From a virus: DNA of 64,000 bases. Positions 20,001 to 28,275 of this stretch are shown one piece after another. The stretch lies in the IMG/VR virus record IMGVR_UViG_3300005613_000004; one strand, 5' to 3'. The translations under genes and the position numbers were made by a program. Position 1 is the first letter of the stretch; each line of letters opens with the position of its first letter. The notes beneath the pieces are model-generated. The model made no database searches. It was not told the origin of the DNA and saw only the letters and a program-made list of their open reading frames with translations.

Positions 20001-21358
20001 AGGTAGATCATTTCTATCATGGAATGTATGCTAATAACAATAAATTAACTTTAAATAATATTGAACCTAATGTTACATCTACAACTCTTACCGCAGTGGT
20101 GACTTCTACTGAAGGAAATTCAATTGAAATTGGGGATTCTACAGGTTTCGAAAATTTTGAAGGACAACCAGTTAGTAGTATAAATCCAGGATATCTCATT
20201 ATTGGTAATGAAATTATTGAATATACTGATGTATCAACAAATCTCATAGAAGGATCTATAACAAGAGGAGTTAGTGACACAGTAATTCAACAGCATGAAA
20301 TAGGTGCTAAAGTTGCAAAATATGAATTTTCTGGAGTATCTCTGAGAAGAATAAATGGTATTGTTTATGATATATCTGATACTGATATTAGAGATAATTC
20401 GTATTATATTGAAATTGATAGAGGAGAGACATCAGCAGTTGAAGGAAAAACTGTAGGAGTTGATAGAACTTCTGATGGTTCTTTTCCACAGTTGTCATTT
20501 GCAACACAATCAATTGGTGGTGGTACAGAAATTACCGCAACTGAAAATATTATGTTTAATAAAATTAATCCAAAATATGATATTTTAAGTCCTGGAAGTC
20601 AAACTTCAATATCATCAAATATTAGAACCACAACGGGAACTAGTATTGATGGAAATGAAATTTCCTTTATTCTTCAAAATTCAGTTGAAGAAGTAATTCC
20701 AAATCAAGTGAATGAATTAAATTCTGTTAGGATAATTTGCTCTAGACCAAATGAATTAAATCAATCGGCATTTAATTCAGTTTCTGGAAGAAGATCTTTC
20801 AATTCTACAGTGACACTAAACACTACAGACGAAAATCTTTCACCAATGGTATTTGTTGATACTTCTACTATTGAATTTATATCTGATAATATTAATAAAC
20901 CCGTGACAGATTATGTAAATAGTTCTGCGGCAAATTCAATATTGAATGATCCACATGCAGCAACTTATGTTTCAAATAATATAACTTTAGCACAACCTGC
21001 ATCTTCACTCAAAGTTATATTAAGTGCTTATAGACCAGAAGTAGCAGACATCAGAGTTCTTTATCAATTAGTTAGAGAAGATTCTGCTGAGATAGAACAA
21101 GAATTTGAATTGTTTCCTGGATTTAATAATTTAGAATCAACTTCTGATGGTGTTCTTAGAGTGGTGGATCCTTCATTAAATGATGGGAGATCAGATATCA
21201 GAGTTCCTGCAAGTGAACGAGGACAATTTTTGGAATATGAATTTACTAATAATGATTTACCAGAGTTTATTGGGTACAGAGTTAAAATTGTAATGTCCTC
21301 TACGGATCAGGCAAATTACCCAATTATTAATGATCTTAGAACCATTGCATTAAGATGA
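14045..21358 (+). CDS. Large virion protein, VrlC-like/DUF4815-type (2437 aa)
   Basis: MAQKTDLNISPYYDDFD..KNFYKVLFKPGFPVQARELTTLQSILQNQ N-terminus and DPLAQSF motif, recalled from cyanophage VrlC-like structural proteins. Confidence 0.8.
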   Translation: MAQKTDLNISPYYDDFDPDKNFYKVLFKPGFPVQARELTTLQSILQNQVESFGSNIFKEGSIVIPGSTSYDDQFNSVKVNSTNFGVDISLYINNFIGKTIVGSVSGVKASLQYIAFPSESDLVENITLYVKYLTSGNDSETDTFLDGESLFAEENVVYGNTTINAGTAFSSLIDIDATSIGSAVSIDEGTYFVRGTFVNVSKQTIILDYYSNTPNYRVGLNVSESIVTARDDNSLYDNAKGFTNFAAPGADRFKISLTLTKKSLTDFDDTDFIEILRISDGTIKKVVDKTVYNIIRDYIAKRTFDESGHYTVDEFRINVLNSLNDRVGNDGLFLENESTDQGNTPSDDLMCVQVSSGEAYVAGYDIELPSEVNIDVEKPRDTQKVESINVPFEMGSLLRVNNVSGAPKETTEIDLLNRFSGDTTPTTIGKARVYTFNLTDAAYSNNATQWDLYLYDIQTYTQLTFNRSVTTTEIPTSSFIKGKSSGASGFVVLGVNGTSLNVYQTSGTFIESEQLTVNGIDASLSLSSFIVYSTEDIKSVSQTVSNFPTFSADSVLSSKKINNIAQANLSSGVFTSPGKLFTGIKIGDIIKYQTGSGDVRYNRVTAIDGNLNNITVTAVASSVSGVFDGTVTDGDYNIELAFPELRNKINAYLYSNLLNDNVSSVNLSNSQLSITRQIDETEGLTITGNSLTFNLSNITGITSATFEPFDEERYSVHYSNGDIAEITSDAFTLNGNQVTIAGLGNTSDPVVVNTTLKKNNIQSKIKEYTRSAVGIVTFSTLTRSGAATSDSINDGLTYNSYYGLRVQDDQISLNFPDVSKVLSIYESKNTADPFLDRIEFSSISVVDTDAIIGEDIIGSDSGAIARIVQNSSSVASPAIPTNNLGIVYLNRERFNVGENVTFKESNIISTVQSITSGQYKDITNNFTLDKGQKDEYYDYSRLIRVGNQIPEKRLLIVFDHYTIPTSDNGDVFTVLSYDDERFSNDIPDIGSRSKRASDTLDFRPRVQRFTSTSSSPFDFASRNFGDDPKFVLKPGEGSLVGYDFYLPRIDRVYLDKFSNVILRKGISSVDPQPPINEDPDLMQLGEIQLPAYLYDVDDASIDLLENRRYTMRDIGSIEDRVESLERYTSLSLLEVSTESLRVEDSNGSNRFKSGIFVDDFIDSSLSDDELTTANIISGQLAPLSFRNSLQQRPIPSTEIAESELDLSESYSLLDPSVQKTGNAITLKYDSIGWIEQNFATRVENVNPFHVIEYVGEIRLEPNTDNWVRTIRLPAKVTNVNITKNRTVNITVSEDDDRRLQRFWRSTRTTASGFGLPSGIKRILNSIINPNVSTQRRTRDVLISSGTEKYIRSRNISFYGNGLRPLTRHYQFFDSHSNINYIPKLVEIATDSSLQNYGTAEGTFQTGETITASFGGKTIGTFRLAKSNHKTGKFNSPEFTYTTNPYLSSESIASGYSQSSKTLNIDLNSLSAEAQGRFNGYLKKGAVIVGSSSGARAFVKDLRLISDANGTLFGSVFIQNPHTNPAPEARITTGRKTYRLSSSSTNEEQLPGSTLISSADGEYNAFGTWRKIQSQTTVTRTTTRIRLRTRVRRRRRTDPLAQSFTVGGNIQAPNGNRQNDDTNGAFLTSVDVYFASKPGGNEPLTVEIRTMELGTPTLTVIGEPKTLIPSQISTSSDASVATKVTFDYPIYLPPGDEYALVLLAPTSDQYEVWTATMGETTIETQNLPSSEAIKYSTQFAIGSLFKSQNGSIWTPTQESDLKFKLYKAKFTENTGIVHFGNPPLDESNGYSPILEENALTSVPKNITLGITTVTDSNLIDILGEGRRIAGLTQNSFGSVISTGSAVGIVTVTDSGANYTTRSGSETLSIFGGGTGLTIDIDSVDADGSITGITVANPGNGYAVGDIVSIVNGTNETGRDAIITVSAITGVDTLYLTNVQGESGTGKAFRVGAALSYYESDSTIIGLASTTITSATEEGGIFSGNYLKVDHFYHGMYANNNKLTLNNIEPNVTSTTLTAVVTSTEGNSIEIGDSTGFENFEGQPVSSINPGYLIIGNEIIEYTDVSTNLIEGSITRGVSDTVIQQHEIGAKVAKYEFSGVSLRRINGIVYDISDTDIRDNSYYIEIDRGETSAVEGKTVGVDRTSDGSFPQLSFATQSIGGGTEITATENIMFNKINPKYDILSPGSQTSISSNIRTTTGTSIDGNEISFILQNSVEEVIPNQVNELNSVRIICSRPNELNQSAFNSVSGRRSFNSTVTLNTTDENLSPMVFVDTSTIEFISDNINKPVTDYVNSSAANSILNDPHAATYVSNNITLAQPASSLKVILSAYRPEVADIRVLYQLVREDSAEIEQEFELFPGFNNLESTSDGVLRVVDPSLNDGRSDIRVPASERGQFLEYEFTNNDLPEFIGYRVKIVMSSTDQANYPIINDLRTIALR

Positions 21359-21558
21359 AAAAACTGATAAAAGTAAAAGATCATCCTCATCTTTATCGAG
21401 ATGAGGATACTGGAGCCATTATAAATTATGACACAATTGGATATAATCAAAGAATTAAAAAAATAGAATTTGAAAAATCCCAAAAGGAAGAATTGGATAC
21501 TATGAAAAAAGATATTGAAGAAATTAAATCTCTACTCAAAGATTTTTTGAATAAATAA
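21355..21558 (+). CDS. Small conserved hypothetical protein with C-terminal coiled coil (67 aa)
   Basis: ATGA overlap with the upstream stop; LYRDEDTGAIIN motif; heptad-like C-terminus. Confidence 0.75.
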   Translation: MKKLIKVKDHPHLYRDEDTGAIINYDTIGYNQRIKKIEFEKSQKEELDTMKKDIEEIKSLLKDFLNK

Positions 21559-21582
21559 ATTTTTTCCTTATTTATTTGATAA

Positions 21583-21590
21583 TATAAATA
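21583..21590 (+). promoter_or_regulatory. Late promoter TATAAATA
   Basis: Exact consensus in the intergenic gap before 21618. Confidence 0.75.
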
Positions 21591-21617
21591 TTTAAAGAAA
21601 ATATGCTCATCTGAATA

Positions 21618-21956
21618 ATGGCAGTATTTGTATCAAATATAGTAATTGAGCAGGGATTTGATTTTGATACTACTTTTTTGCTTGCAGACACAGTGACAAA
21701 TAACCCATTAAATTTAACTGGTTATAGTATAGAATCTCAACTCAGAAAGACTTACACCAGTACAAATTCATCTACCTTCATTTCTTCTATAACAAACCCA
21801 TCTAATGGACAAATTGAAATATCATTAGGAACAACAGCAACAAGTTCACTTAAAGAAGGTAGATATGTGTATGATGTGAAGTTAACTTCGGATGTTGGAG
21901 TTGTCTATAAAGCAGTAGAGGGATTAGCACTTGTCAGACCGGGAGTTACTAGGTAA
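21618..21956 (+). CDS. Putative structural protein (112 aa, beta-sandwich adaptor type)
   Basis: IEQG.DF...LNLTGY...QLRK...GRYVYDV..EG.ALVRPGVTR pattern; lies in the late operon. Confidence 0.7.
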   Translation: MAVFVSNIVIEQGFDFDTTFLLADTVTNNPLNLTGYSIESQLRKTYTSTNSSTFISSITNPSNGQIEISLGTTATSSLKEGRYVYDVKLTSDVGVVYKAVEGLALVRPGVTR

Positions 21957-23083
21957 TGGCCAATATAAATGATAGAATAGGATCTCAAAATGTAATTCGA
22001 GTTTTATCGAATGCATCTAGTCCCCCGGCAAATTTAATTAATTTAAATGATGTAGATAGTACTCTTAGAACTGAGGATGGAATGATCCTCGTTTGGGATT
22101 TACCATCTGAAAAATTTATAATGACGAGTGTCATTGACTCGTCATCAACAACAATTGAAGGTATTGCATATTTTACAAATGATACCGATTCAACAAACAC
22201 AACAAATGGTGCAATAATTGTTAGTGGTGGAGTTGGAATTGCTAAAAATTTAACTGTTGGTCTTGGATTATCCATAACCGGTATTGCTGTATTTGAATCC
22301 AATGTAGATATTAATGCTGCGGTTAATATTTTAAATGATCTAGTTGTTCAAGATTCAGTAAGGATTGATGATAACTTAAGAGTTGCGGGATTATCGACAT
22401 TTAATTCTAATGTTGATATTAATGCTTCTTTAGATGTATCATCGACATCCACTTTTAATGATAATGTTAATATTTTAAATGATCTAGTTGTTCAAGATTC
22501 AGTAAGGATTGATGATAATTTAAGAGTTACGGGATTATCAACATTTAATTCTAATGTTGATATTAATGCTGCGGTTAATATTTCAAATGATCTGGATGTT
22601 CAAGATTCAGTAAGTATTGACAATGATTTAGTAGTAAGTAGAAATGTATTTGTATCTGGAATTACTACTTTAGCATCATCAGGAGGAATTACAACAACTG
22701 GAGGAGATGTTTATGTTGGTGGTGACCTTTATGTTTCTGATGATCTTGTAATTGATGAGTTTGATTCTAGAAGAGGAACAATTCGAGAAGATCTTAATGT
22801 TCTGGGTTTAACCACAACTAGAAACCTTATAGTAACAGGTGTATCAACATTTCAAAATAATGTCAATGTAAGTGGATTTGTAACCGTTACAGAGGGATTA
22901 TATTATGATGAAGATGATTATAGTGGACCAAATGGAATCGCATACTTCGATAATAGTGGAAAACTTGTTAGTGCTGCAAGCACTGTAGGTTTTATAACCA
23001 CAAGTAATTATATATTAACAACTGAAACAACAGGAATTGGAACTCCTGTATGGACAACTACTATTGATGGAGGAGAATATTAA
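21956..23083 (+). CDS. Putative fibre/structural protein with beta-repeat region (375 aa)
   Basis: Repeated V.GLSTFN.NV.I units; C-terminal IDGGEY; overlaps both neighbours by 1 nt. Confidence 0.7.
   Translation: MANINDRIGSQNVIRVLSNASSPPANLINLNDVDSTLRTEDGMILVWDLPSEKFIMTSVIDSSSTTIEGIAYFTNDTDSTNTTNGAIIVSGGVGIAKNLTVGLGLSITGIAVFESNVDINAAVNILNDLVVQDSVRIDDNLRVAGLSTFNSNVDINASLDVSSTSTFNDNVNILNDLVVQDSVRIDDNLRVTGLSTFNSNVDINAAVNISNDLDVQDSVSIDNDLVVSRNVFVSGITTLASSGGITTTGGDVYVGGDLYVSDDLVIDEFDSRRGTIREDLNVLGLTTTRNLIVTGVSTFQNNVNVSGFVTVTEGLYYDEDDYSGPNGIAYFDNSGKLVSAASTVGFITTSNYILTTETTGIGTPVWTTTIDGGEY
22322..22570 (+). repeat. Intragenic direct repeat: 105-nt copies at 22322-22426 and 22466-22570 (144-nt period)
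   Basis: Read directly; the two copies differ at 3 positions. Confidence 0.9.
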
Positions 23084-23922
23084 TGGCTAAACCAACTACA
23101 AGACAAGAATTAATTGATTATTGTTTAAGACAGCTAGGTGCTCCTGTTTTAGAGATTAATGTCGCTGATGAACAAATTGATGATTTGGTAGATGATGCGA
23201 TTCAATACTTTAATGAAAGGCACTTTGATGGTGTCGAAAGAATGTATTTAAAATATAAAGTTAGTCAAGATGATATTGATAGAGGAACTGCAGGTGGAAC
23301 TGATGGAGTTGGAATTGTAACAACTACAGGAACTTCAAATATTGTAGGTACTGCAACAACATTTAATTTTTATGAGAATTCGAATTACATTCAAGTTCCA
23401 GACTCAGTAATTGGTATTGAAAAGATATTTAAATTTGATACTAGTAGTATTTCTGGTGGAATGTTTAGTATTAAATATCAGTTATTCTTAAATGATCTAT
23501 ATTATTTCAACTCTGTTGATTTGTTGACTTATTCTATGACTAAATCATATCTCGAAGATATTGATTTCTTACTGACAACGGATAAGCAAATAAGATTCAA
23601 TAAAAGGCAAAATAGACTATACCTTGATATAGATTGGAAATCTCAGGATAAAGATACTTTTTTTGTCATTGATTGCTATAGAGCTTTAGATCCAGCAGAA
23701 TTTAGTAAAGTATATAATGATAGCTTTTTAAAGAAATATTTAACTTCAATGATTAAGAGGCAGTGGGGTCAAAATTTAATTAAGTTTAATGGTGTCAAAC
23801 TTCCTGGTGGAATTGAGTTAAACGGAAGACAAATATATGAAGATGCACAAAGAGAACTTGAAGATATTAAATCGAGAATGATGAATGAGTATGAATTACC
23901 ACCTTTGGATATGATCGGTTAG
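23083..23922 (+). CDS. gp13: Neck protein gp13
   Basis: MAKPTTRQELIDYCLRQLGAPVLEINV; QWGQNLIKFNGVKLPGGIELNGRQIY. Confidence 0.92.
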   Translation: MAKPTTRQELIDYCLRQLGAPVLEINVADEQIDDLVDDAIQYFNERHFDGVERMYLKYKVSQDDIDRGTAGGTDGVGIVTTTGTSNIVGTATTFNFYENSNYIQVPDSVIGIEKIFKFDTSSISGGMFSIKYQLFLNDLYYFNSVDLLTYSMTKSYLEDIDFLLTTDKQIRFNKRQNRLYLDIDWKSQDKDTFFVIDCYRALDPAEFSKVYNDSFLKKYLTSMIKRQWGQNLIKFNGVKLPGGIELNGRQIYEDAQRELEDIKSRMMNEYELPPLDMIG

Positions 23923-23924
23923 TC

Positions 23925-25361
23925 ATGGCATTAAATCCATTCTTCTTACAAGGTTCATCAAACGAACAATATCTTGTACAAGATTTAATCAACGAACAGT
24001 TGAAAATCTACGGAATTGAAATATATTATCTTCCCAGAAAATTTGTTAATACTGATGATATTTTTAGAGAGGTACAAACTTCCAAATTTGATGATAATTT
24101 TATTATCGAAGCATATCTTGATAATTATGAAGGATATTCACCTGGAAGTGATTTAATGACGAAATTTGGTTTGAGACTTAAAAATGAAATTAAATTAATT
24201 ATTTCTAGAGAAAGATTTGAAGAATTTATATCACCATTTTTGGATGGAATACAGACTGGAATTGATAAGGGCAATATTACTGATCATGAAATTTTATTAA
24301 CATCTAGACCAAGAGAAGGAGATTTAATTTACTTTCCTCTTGGAGAAAGATTATTTGAAGTTAAGAGAATTGAACACGAAAAACCATTTTATCAATTAGG
24401 TAAAAATTATGTTTACGAACTTGATTGCGAACTTTTCGAATATGAAAATGAAGATATCGACACTTCTATCGAGGAAATTGATAAAACTATAGAAGATGAT
24501 GGATACATCACTACATTAACTTTAGCAGGTGTTGGAGTGACAGCAACAGCAACTTCAACAATTGGAGATGGTGTTGTTAGTAAGATTGTACTTACAAATG
24601 ATGGTTCATTTTATTCCGCAACTCCAACTGTAACGATTACTCCATCTCCAAGTGGAAATCCTGCAGATGATGCAAAAGCTGTAGCAATCACAACATCCAT
24701 TGGTAATGTAAAATCCGTAGAATCTATAAGACTCACATTTGGTGGTCGTGGGTATAATGTAAATGAACCCCCATTAGTTACTATCACTGGAGGAAATGGA
24801 AGTGGAGCTGCTGCAACGTGTATAGTTGCTGATGGTGCTGTTAATCAATTCACTGTCACTAATTCCGGGGAATCTTATTATGAAGAACCTAATGTAATTG
24901 TTTCTGGACCTTCGATTGGACAAACAGCAACTGCAAGAGCAGAATTCAATCCTATTAATGGAACAATATCATCAATTCAAATTGTAAATGCCGGATCTGG
25001 ATATACTGAAGCACCAACTGTTCAAATATCTTCTGCATCTACTGTGAGTATTGGTGGAACTTATGCTTATAATGAAACTGTTATTGGATCTCTTTCCGGT
25101 ACAACTGCAGAAGTTAGATATTATAAACTTCGCAGTGATCTTAATGTTATCAATCCTTTAGGGGAACTTAGAGTTGCTATCAATGATGGACAATTTTCTA
25201 TAGGAGAATCTATCATTGGATCTGCTTCTTCTGCTACCTATATACTTAAATCATATGACAATGACAATTATGATGATTCTTATGATAGAAATGAAATATT
25301 CGAAGAAGAAGGAGACGATATCATAGATTTTACTGAAAGCAACCCATTTGGAGAAGTATAA
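23925..25361 (+). CDS. gp14: Neck protein gp14 with inserted beta-repeat domain (478 aa)
   Basis: MALNPFFLQG, YLPRKFV, PREGDLIYFPL, YELDCELFEY and FTESNPFGEV; central G.GY..AP.V repeats. Confidence 0.9.
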   Translation: MALNPFFLQGSSNEQYLVQDLINEQLKIYGIEIYYLPRKFVNTDDIFREVQTSKFDDNFIIEAYLDNYEGYSPGSDLMTKFGLRLKNEIKLIISRERFEEFISPFLDGIQTGIDKGNITDHEILLTSRPREGDLIYFPLGERLFEVKRIEHEKPFYQLGKNYVYELDCELFEYENEDIDTSIEEIDKTIEDDGYITTLTLAGVGVTATATSTIGDGVVSKIVLTNDGSFYSATPTVTITPSPSGNPADDAKAVAITTSIGNVKSVESIRLTFGGRGYNVNEPPLVTITGGNGSGAAATCIVADGAVNQFTVTNSGESYYEEPNVIVSGPSIGQTATARAEFNPINGTISSIQIVNAGSGYTEAPTVQISSASTVSIGGTYAYNETVIGSLSGTTAEVRYYKLRSDLNVINPLGELRVAINDGQFSIGESIIGSASSATYILKSYDNDNYDDSYDRNEIFEEEGDDIIDFTESNPFGEV

Positions 25362-26161
25362 TGTTGGGAACTTATTTCTACCATGAAATTATAAGAAAAA
25401 CAATCGTTGGATTTGGAACACTTTTTAATAACATTTACATTAGACATTTGGATAAAGATGGAAGTGTAGTTGATGAAACTAAAGTTGGTTTATCTTATGG
25501 TCCAGCGCAAAAGTTTCTTGCAAAAATTCAACAGCAAGAAGAATTATCAAAATCGATTGCAATTACATTACCAAGAATGTCATTTGAAATGATTGGCATT
25601 CAATATGATCCGTCAAGAAAAACAAGTGTTACTCAAACATTTAAGGCATGTGATGATGATGGAAGTGTAAAGAAAGTATTCATGCCTGTTCCATACAATA
25701 TTACATTTGAATTGAGCATATATTCAAAACTTAATGATGATGCTTTACAAATTATTGAACAAATACTTCCGTTTTTTCAGCCATCCTTTAATTTAACTGT
25801 TGATTTAATTGATTCTATTGGAGAAAAGAAAGATATTCCAATTGTAATGGACAGTATTGATATGCAAGATGATTATGAAGGTGATTTTAGTACAAGAAGA
25901 GCACTCATTTATACTTTAAGATTCACTGCAAAAACATATATGTTTGGTCCTATCGCAGAATCTACAGACGGTCTCATTCGTAAGGTTCAGGTTGATTTAT
26001 ATACTAGTACAGATACTCAAACTGCTAAACGTGAGATGAGATACACTGCTGTCCCTGATCCAATTGATGCAGAACCTGATGATGACTTCGGATTTACAGA
26101 ACAGTGGGAATACTTAGGAGATTCAAAAGAATATAGCCCAACTAAACAGATTGACATTTGA
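25361..26161 (+). CDS. gp15: Tail sheath stabilizer/completion protein gp15
   Basis: YFYHEIIRKTIVGFGTLFNNI, LPRMSFE, QILPFFQP and RRALIYTLRFTAKTY motifs. Confidence 0.92.
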   Translation: MLGTYFYHEIIRKTIVGFGTLFNNIYIRHLDKDGSVVDETKVGLSYGPAQKFLAKIQQQEELSKSIAITLPRMSFEMIGIQYDPSRKTSVTQTFKACDDDGSVKKVFMPVPYNITFELSIYSKLNDDALQIIEQILPFFQPSFNLTVDLIDSIGEKKDIPIVMDSIDMQDDYEGDFSTRRALIYTLRFTAKTYMFGPIAESTDGLIRKVQVDLYTSTDTQTAKREMRYTAVPDPIDAEPDDDFGFTEQWEYLGDSKEYSPTKQIDI

Positions 26162-26166
26162 TAAAT

Positions 26167-26592
26167 ATGTCCAATAATTATGAATCAATAGATAATGCAC
26201 TTAATACGACAAGTGACATTGTTGAAGTAGAACACACCAAATCACTCTCTAAACCCACAGAAACCTTTCGTGAGGGGCATTTAGATAAAGATTATGAATA
26301 TAGTCGTGCAAACCTTTATTCCCTTATAGAAAAGGGTCAGGAGGCAATTAACGGCATTATGGAAGTAGCAAGTGAAGGAGGTAGTCCAAGAGCATATGAG
26401 GTTGCTGGGCAGTTGATTAAGAGTGTTGCTGATACTACCGATAAGTTGATTGATTTGCAAAAGAAACTTAAGGATGTTGAGGAAGATTCTAGAAAGACTA
26501 CAAATAATGTTACTAACAATGCAGTCTTTGTAGGTTCTACTTCAGAACTTCAAAAAATGCTAAAGCAAGGTTTTCTAAATAATAAAGAGTAA
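26167..26592 (+). CDS. gp16: Terminase small subunit gp16
   Basis: DYEYSRANLY, PRAYEVAGQLIK and NNAVFVGSTSELQKML. ATG 26167 is preferred over TTG 26158; late-promoter-like GATAAATA at 26160-26167. Confidence 0.9.
   Translation: MSNNYESIDNALNTTSDIVEVEHTKSLSKPTETFREGHLDKDYEYSRANLYSLIEKGQEAINGIMEVASEGGSPRAYEVAGQLIKSVADTTDKLIDLQKKLKDVEEDSRKTTNNVTNNAVFVGSTSELQKMLKQGFLNNKE
26575..26581 (+). promoter_or_regulatory. Late promoter variant CTAAATA
   Basis: Lies in the gp16 3' end upstream of 26608; the same variant recurs at 31874, 34721, 40168 and 41210. Confidence 0.55.
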
Positions 26593-26607
26593 TTTACTTT
26601 TTTATTA

Positions 26608-28272
26608 ATGAAAAAGTGTAGGCAGGGATATTATTACTGTTATACTGATGAGAAATGCAAGCCCATTCCTCAGGGTTTGAAGATGACTGCCAGATTTTCT
26701 GGTGGTGGAAAAGAACCTGAAGAAACCGGAATAGACGTACCTACAAATGGAAATAACCAGAATGGCAATGGAAATGGGAATGGGGACTCTAATGGGGGTT
26801 CTAATGGTGGAGGCGTCAGTGAAGGCACTTTACACAAGTGGTTCAAAGGATCCAAGTCTAAAGATGGTAAAGGTGGATGGGTCAATGTCGTTACTGGAGG
26901 AACATGTGCAAGTGATGAGCCAGGAGAAGGAACTCCAAAATGCGTTTCCTCTGCAAAAAGAGCATCGATGACAAAAGCAGAACGACTTTCTGCACAAAGA
27001 AGAAAAAAAGCAGCAGATCCTGAACAACAAGCAAAGTCAGGTGCAGCAAAACCAACTTATGTTTCGACCGATAAACCCAAGAAAAAAATGAACGAAGCAA
27101 AAGAAAAAGACCATGAGTATTCTATGGCACGTTCACAACTTTCCACAGTTATAAATGCTGCCAATAGACTCAAGAAAAAAATGGAAAAAGGTGAAGGTGA
27201 AGTTGAAGCATGGGTTCAATCTAAAATTACTAAGGCAGCAGATTACTTAGATTCAGCAGCAGATTATGTTGATAGTGGAGAAATGAAAAAGGAAGAAGTA
27301 GAAGTAACAGAGGCAAAGGATAAACCAGGTAAAGGTAGTGGTAAAAAGGATGCTTGTTACCATAAAGTGAAGTCACGTTATTCCGTTTGGCCTTCTGCTT
27401 ATGCATCTGGAGCACTTGTAAAGTGCCGTAAAGTTGGTGCTTCTAACTGGGGCAATAAGTCAGAATCTTATGATTTCTCTAACTGGAGAGATGATTTTCA
27501 AGCAACTGAATATGAGTTTACTGATATCATCAAACCAGAACCTCTAAAAGGAGAAACACTGGAAGAGAAAAAAGCACAAAAGTGCTGGCCTGGATATGAG
27601 AAGAAGGGAACTAAAAAGATGTTTGGAAAAACTTATAATAACTGCGTGAAGAAAGAAGAAAAAGAAGAAACTAATATTGGTGGAGGTAACTTAAAGAAAC
27701 TTACAAAAAAAGCAGTGAAAAGGATTGATGCTGATGTAGATGGTGACGTAGATAGTACAGATATGAAGTCACCAGAAACTGGAGAATTTATTCCTTCACC
27801 AGATGGAAAGAAAAAGATAAAACCAAAAGTAAGATTTGAACAATCTGATTGGAGAACTGAATTTGATGAGAGTGTAATGCCAGCAGCAATTGATCCAAAA
27901 GCACATAGACAACAACAACGTGCCGCAAAAGTGAGAAACCTTGCTCAAAAAGGTGCTACCGAAGGTGAGAGAGAAGCAGCAGAAAGAAAAACAAAAGGTC
28001 CAAAAATGTTTGGTGAAGATTGGCAGAAAGTCAATAAGTCCGATAAAACTGATGGTATGAGTCCTGCAGCAGTTAAAGCATATCGTCGTGAAAATCCTGG
28101 TTCAAAACTAAAAACTGCTGTGACTGGTGATCCAAAACCAGGAAGTAAAGATGCCAAACGCAGAAAGTCCTTCTGTGCCCGTTCTAAGGGTCAGCAAGAT
28201 ATGCACAACATTGATTGCTCTAAGACCCCAGATAAACCCGTTTGCAAAGCCCGTCGTCGTTGGAAGTGCTGA
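26608..28272 (+). CDS. Modular basic hypothetical protein (554 aa), putative internal head polyprotein
   Basis: Long ORF of Lys/Cys-rich modules separated by x-x-E junctions; see findings. Confidence 0.8.
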   Translation: MKKCRQGYYYCYTDEKCKPIPQGLKMTARFSGGGKEPEETGIDVPTNGNNQNGNGNGNGDSNGGSNGGGVSEGTLHKWFKGSKSKDGKGGWVNVVTGGTCASDEPGEGTPKCVSSAKRASMTKAERLSAQRRKKAADPEQQAKSGAAKPTYVSTDKPKKKMNEAKEKDHEYSMARSQLSTVINAANRLKKKMEKGEGEVEAWVQSKITKAADYLDSAADYVDSGEMKKEEVEVTEAKDKPGKGSGKKDACYHKVKSRYSVWPSAYASGALVKCRKVGASNWGNKSESYDFSNWRDDFQATEYEFTDIIKPEPLKGETLEEKKAQKCWPGYEKKGTKKMFGKTYNNCVKKEEKEETNIGGGNLKKLTKKAVKRIDADVDGDVDSTDMKSPETGEFIPSPDGKKKIKPKVRFEQSDWRTEFDESVMPAAIDPKAHRQQQRAAKVRNLAQKGATEGEREAAERKTKGPKMFGEDWQKVNKSDKTDGMSPAAVKAYRRENPGSKLKTAVTGDPKPGSKDAKRRKSFCARSKGQQDMHNIDCSKTPDKPVCKARRRWKC

Positions 28273-28275
28273 TCA

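Noticed and set aside
2042-20280. Numerous 60-100-aa nested ORFs in gp7 and the VrlC-like gene
   Set aside because: Expected by chance in long ORFs; none has independent signals.
22322-22570. CRISPR-like array
   Set aside because: The repeats are in-frame coding duplications without unique spacers; no array was seen anywhere in the window.
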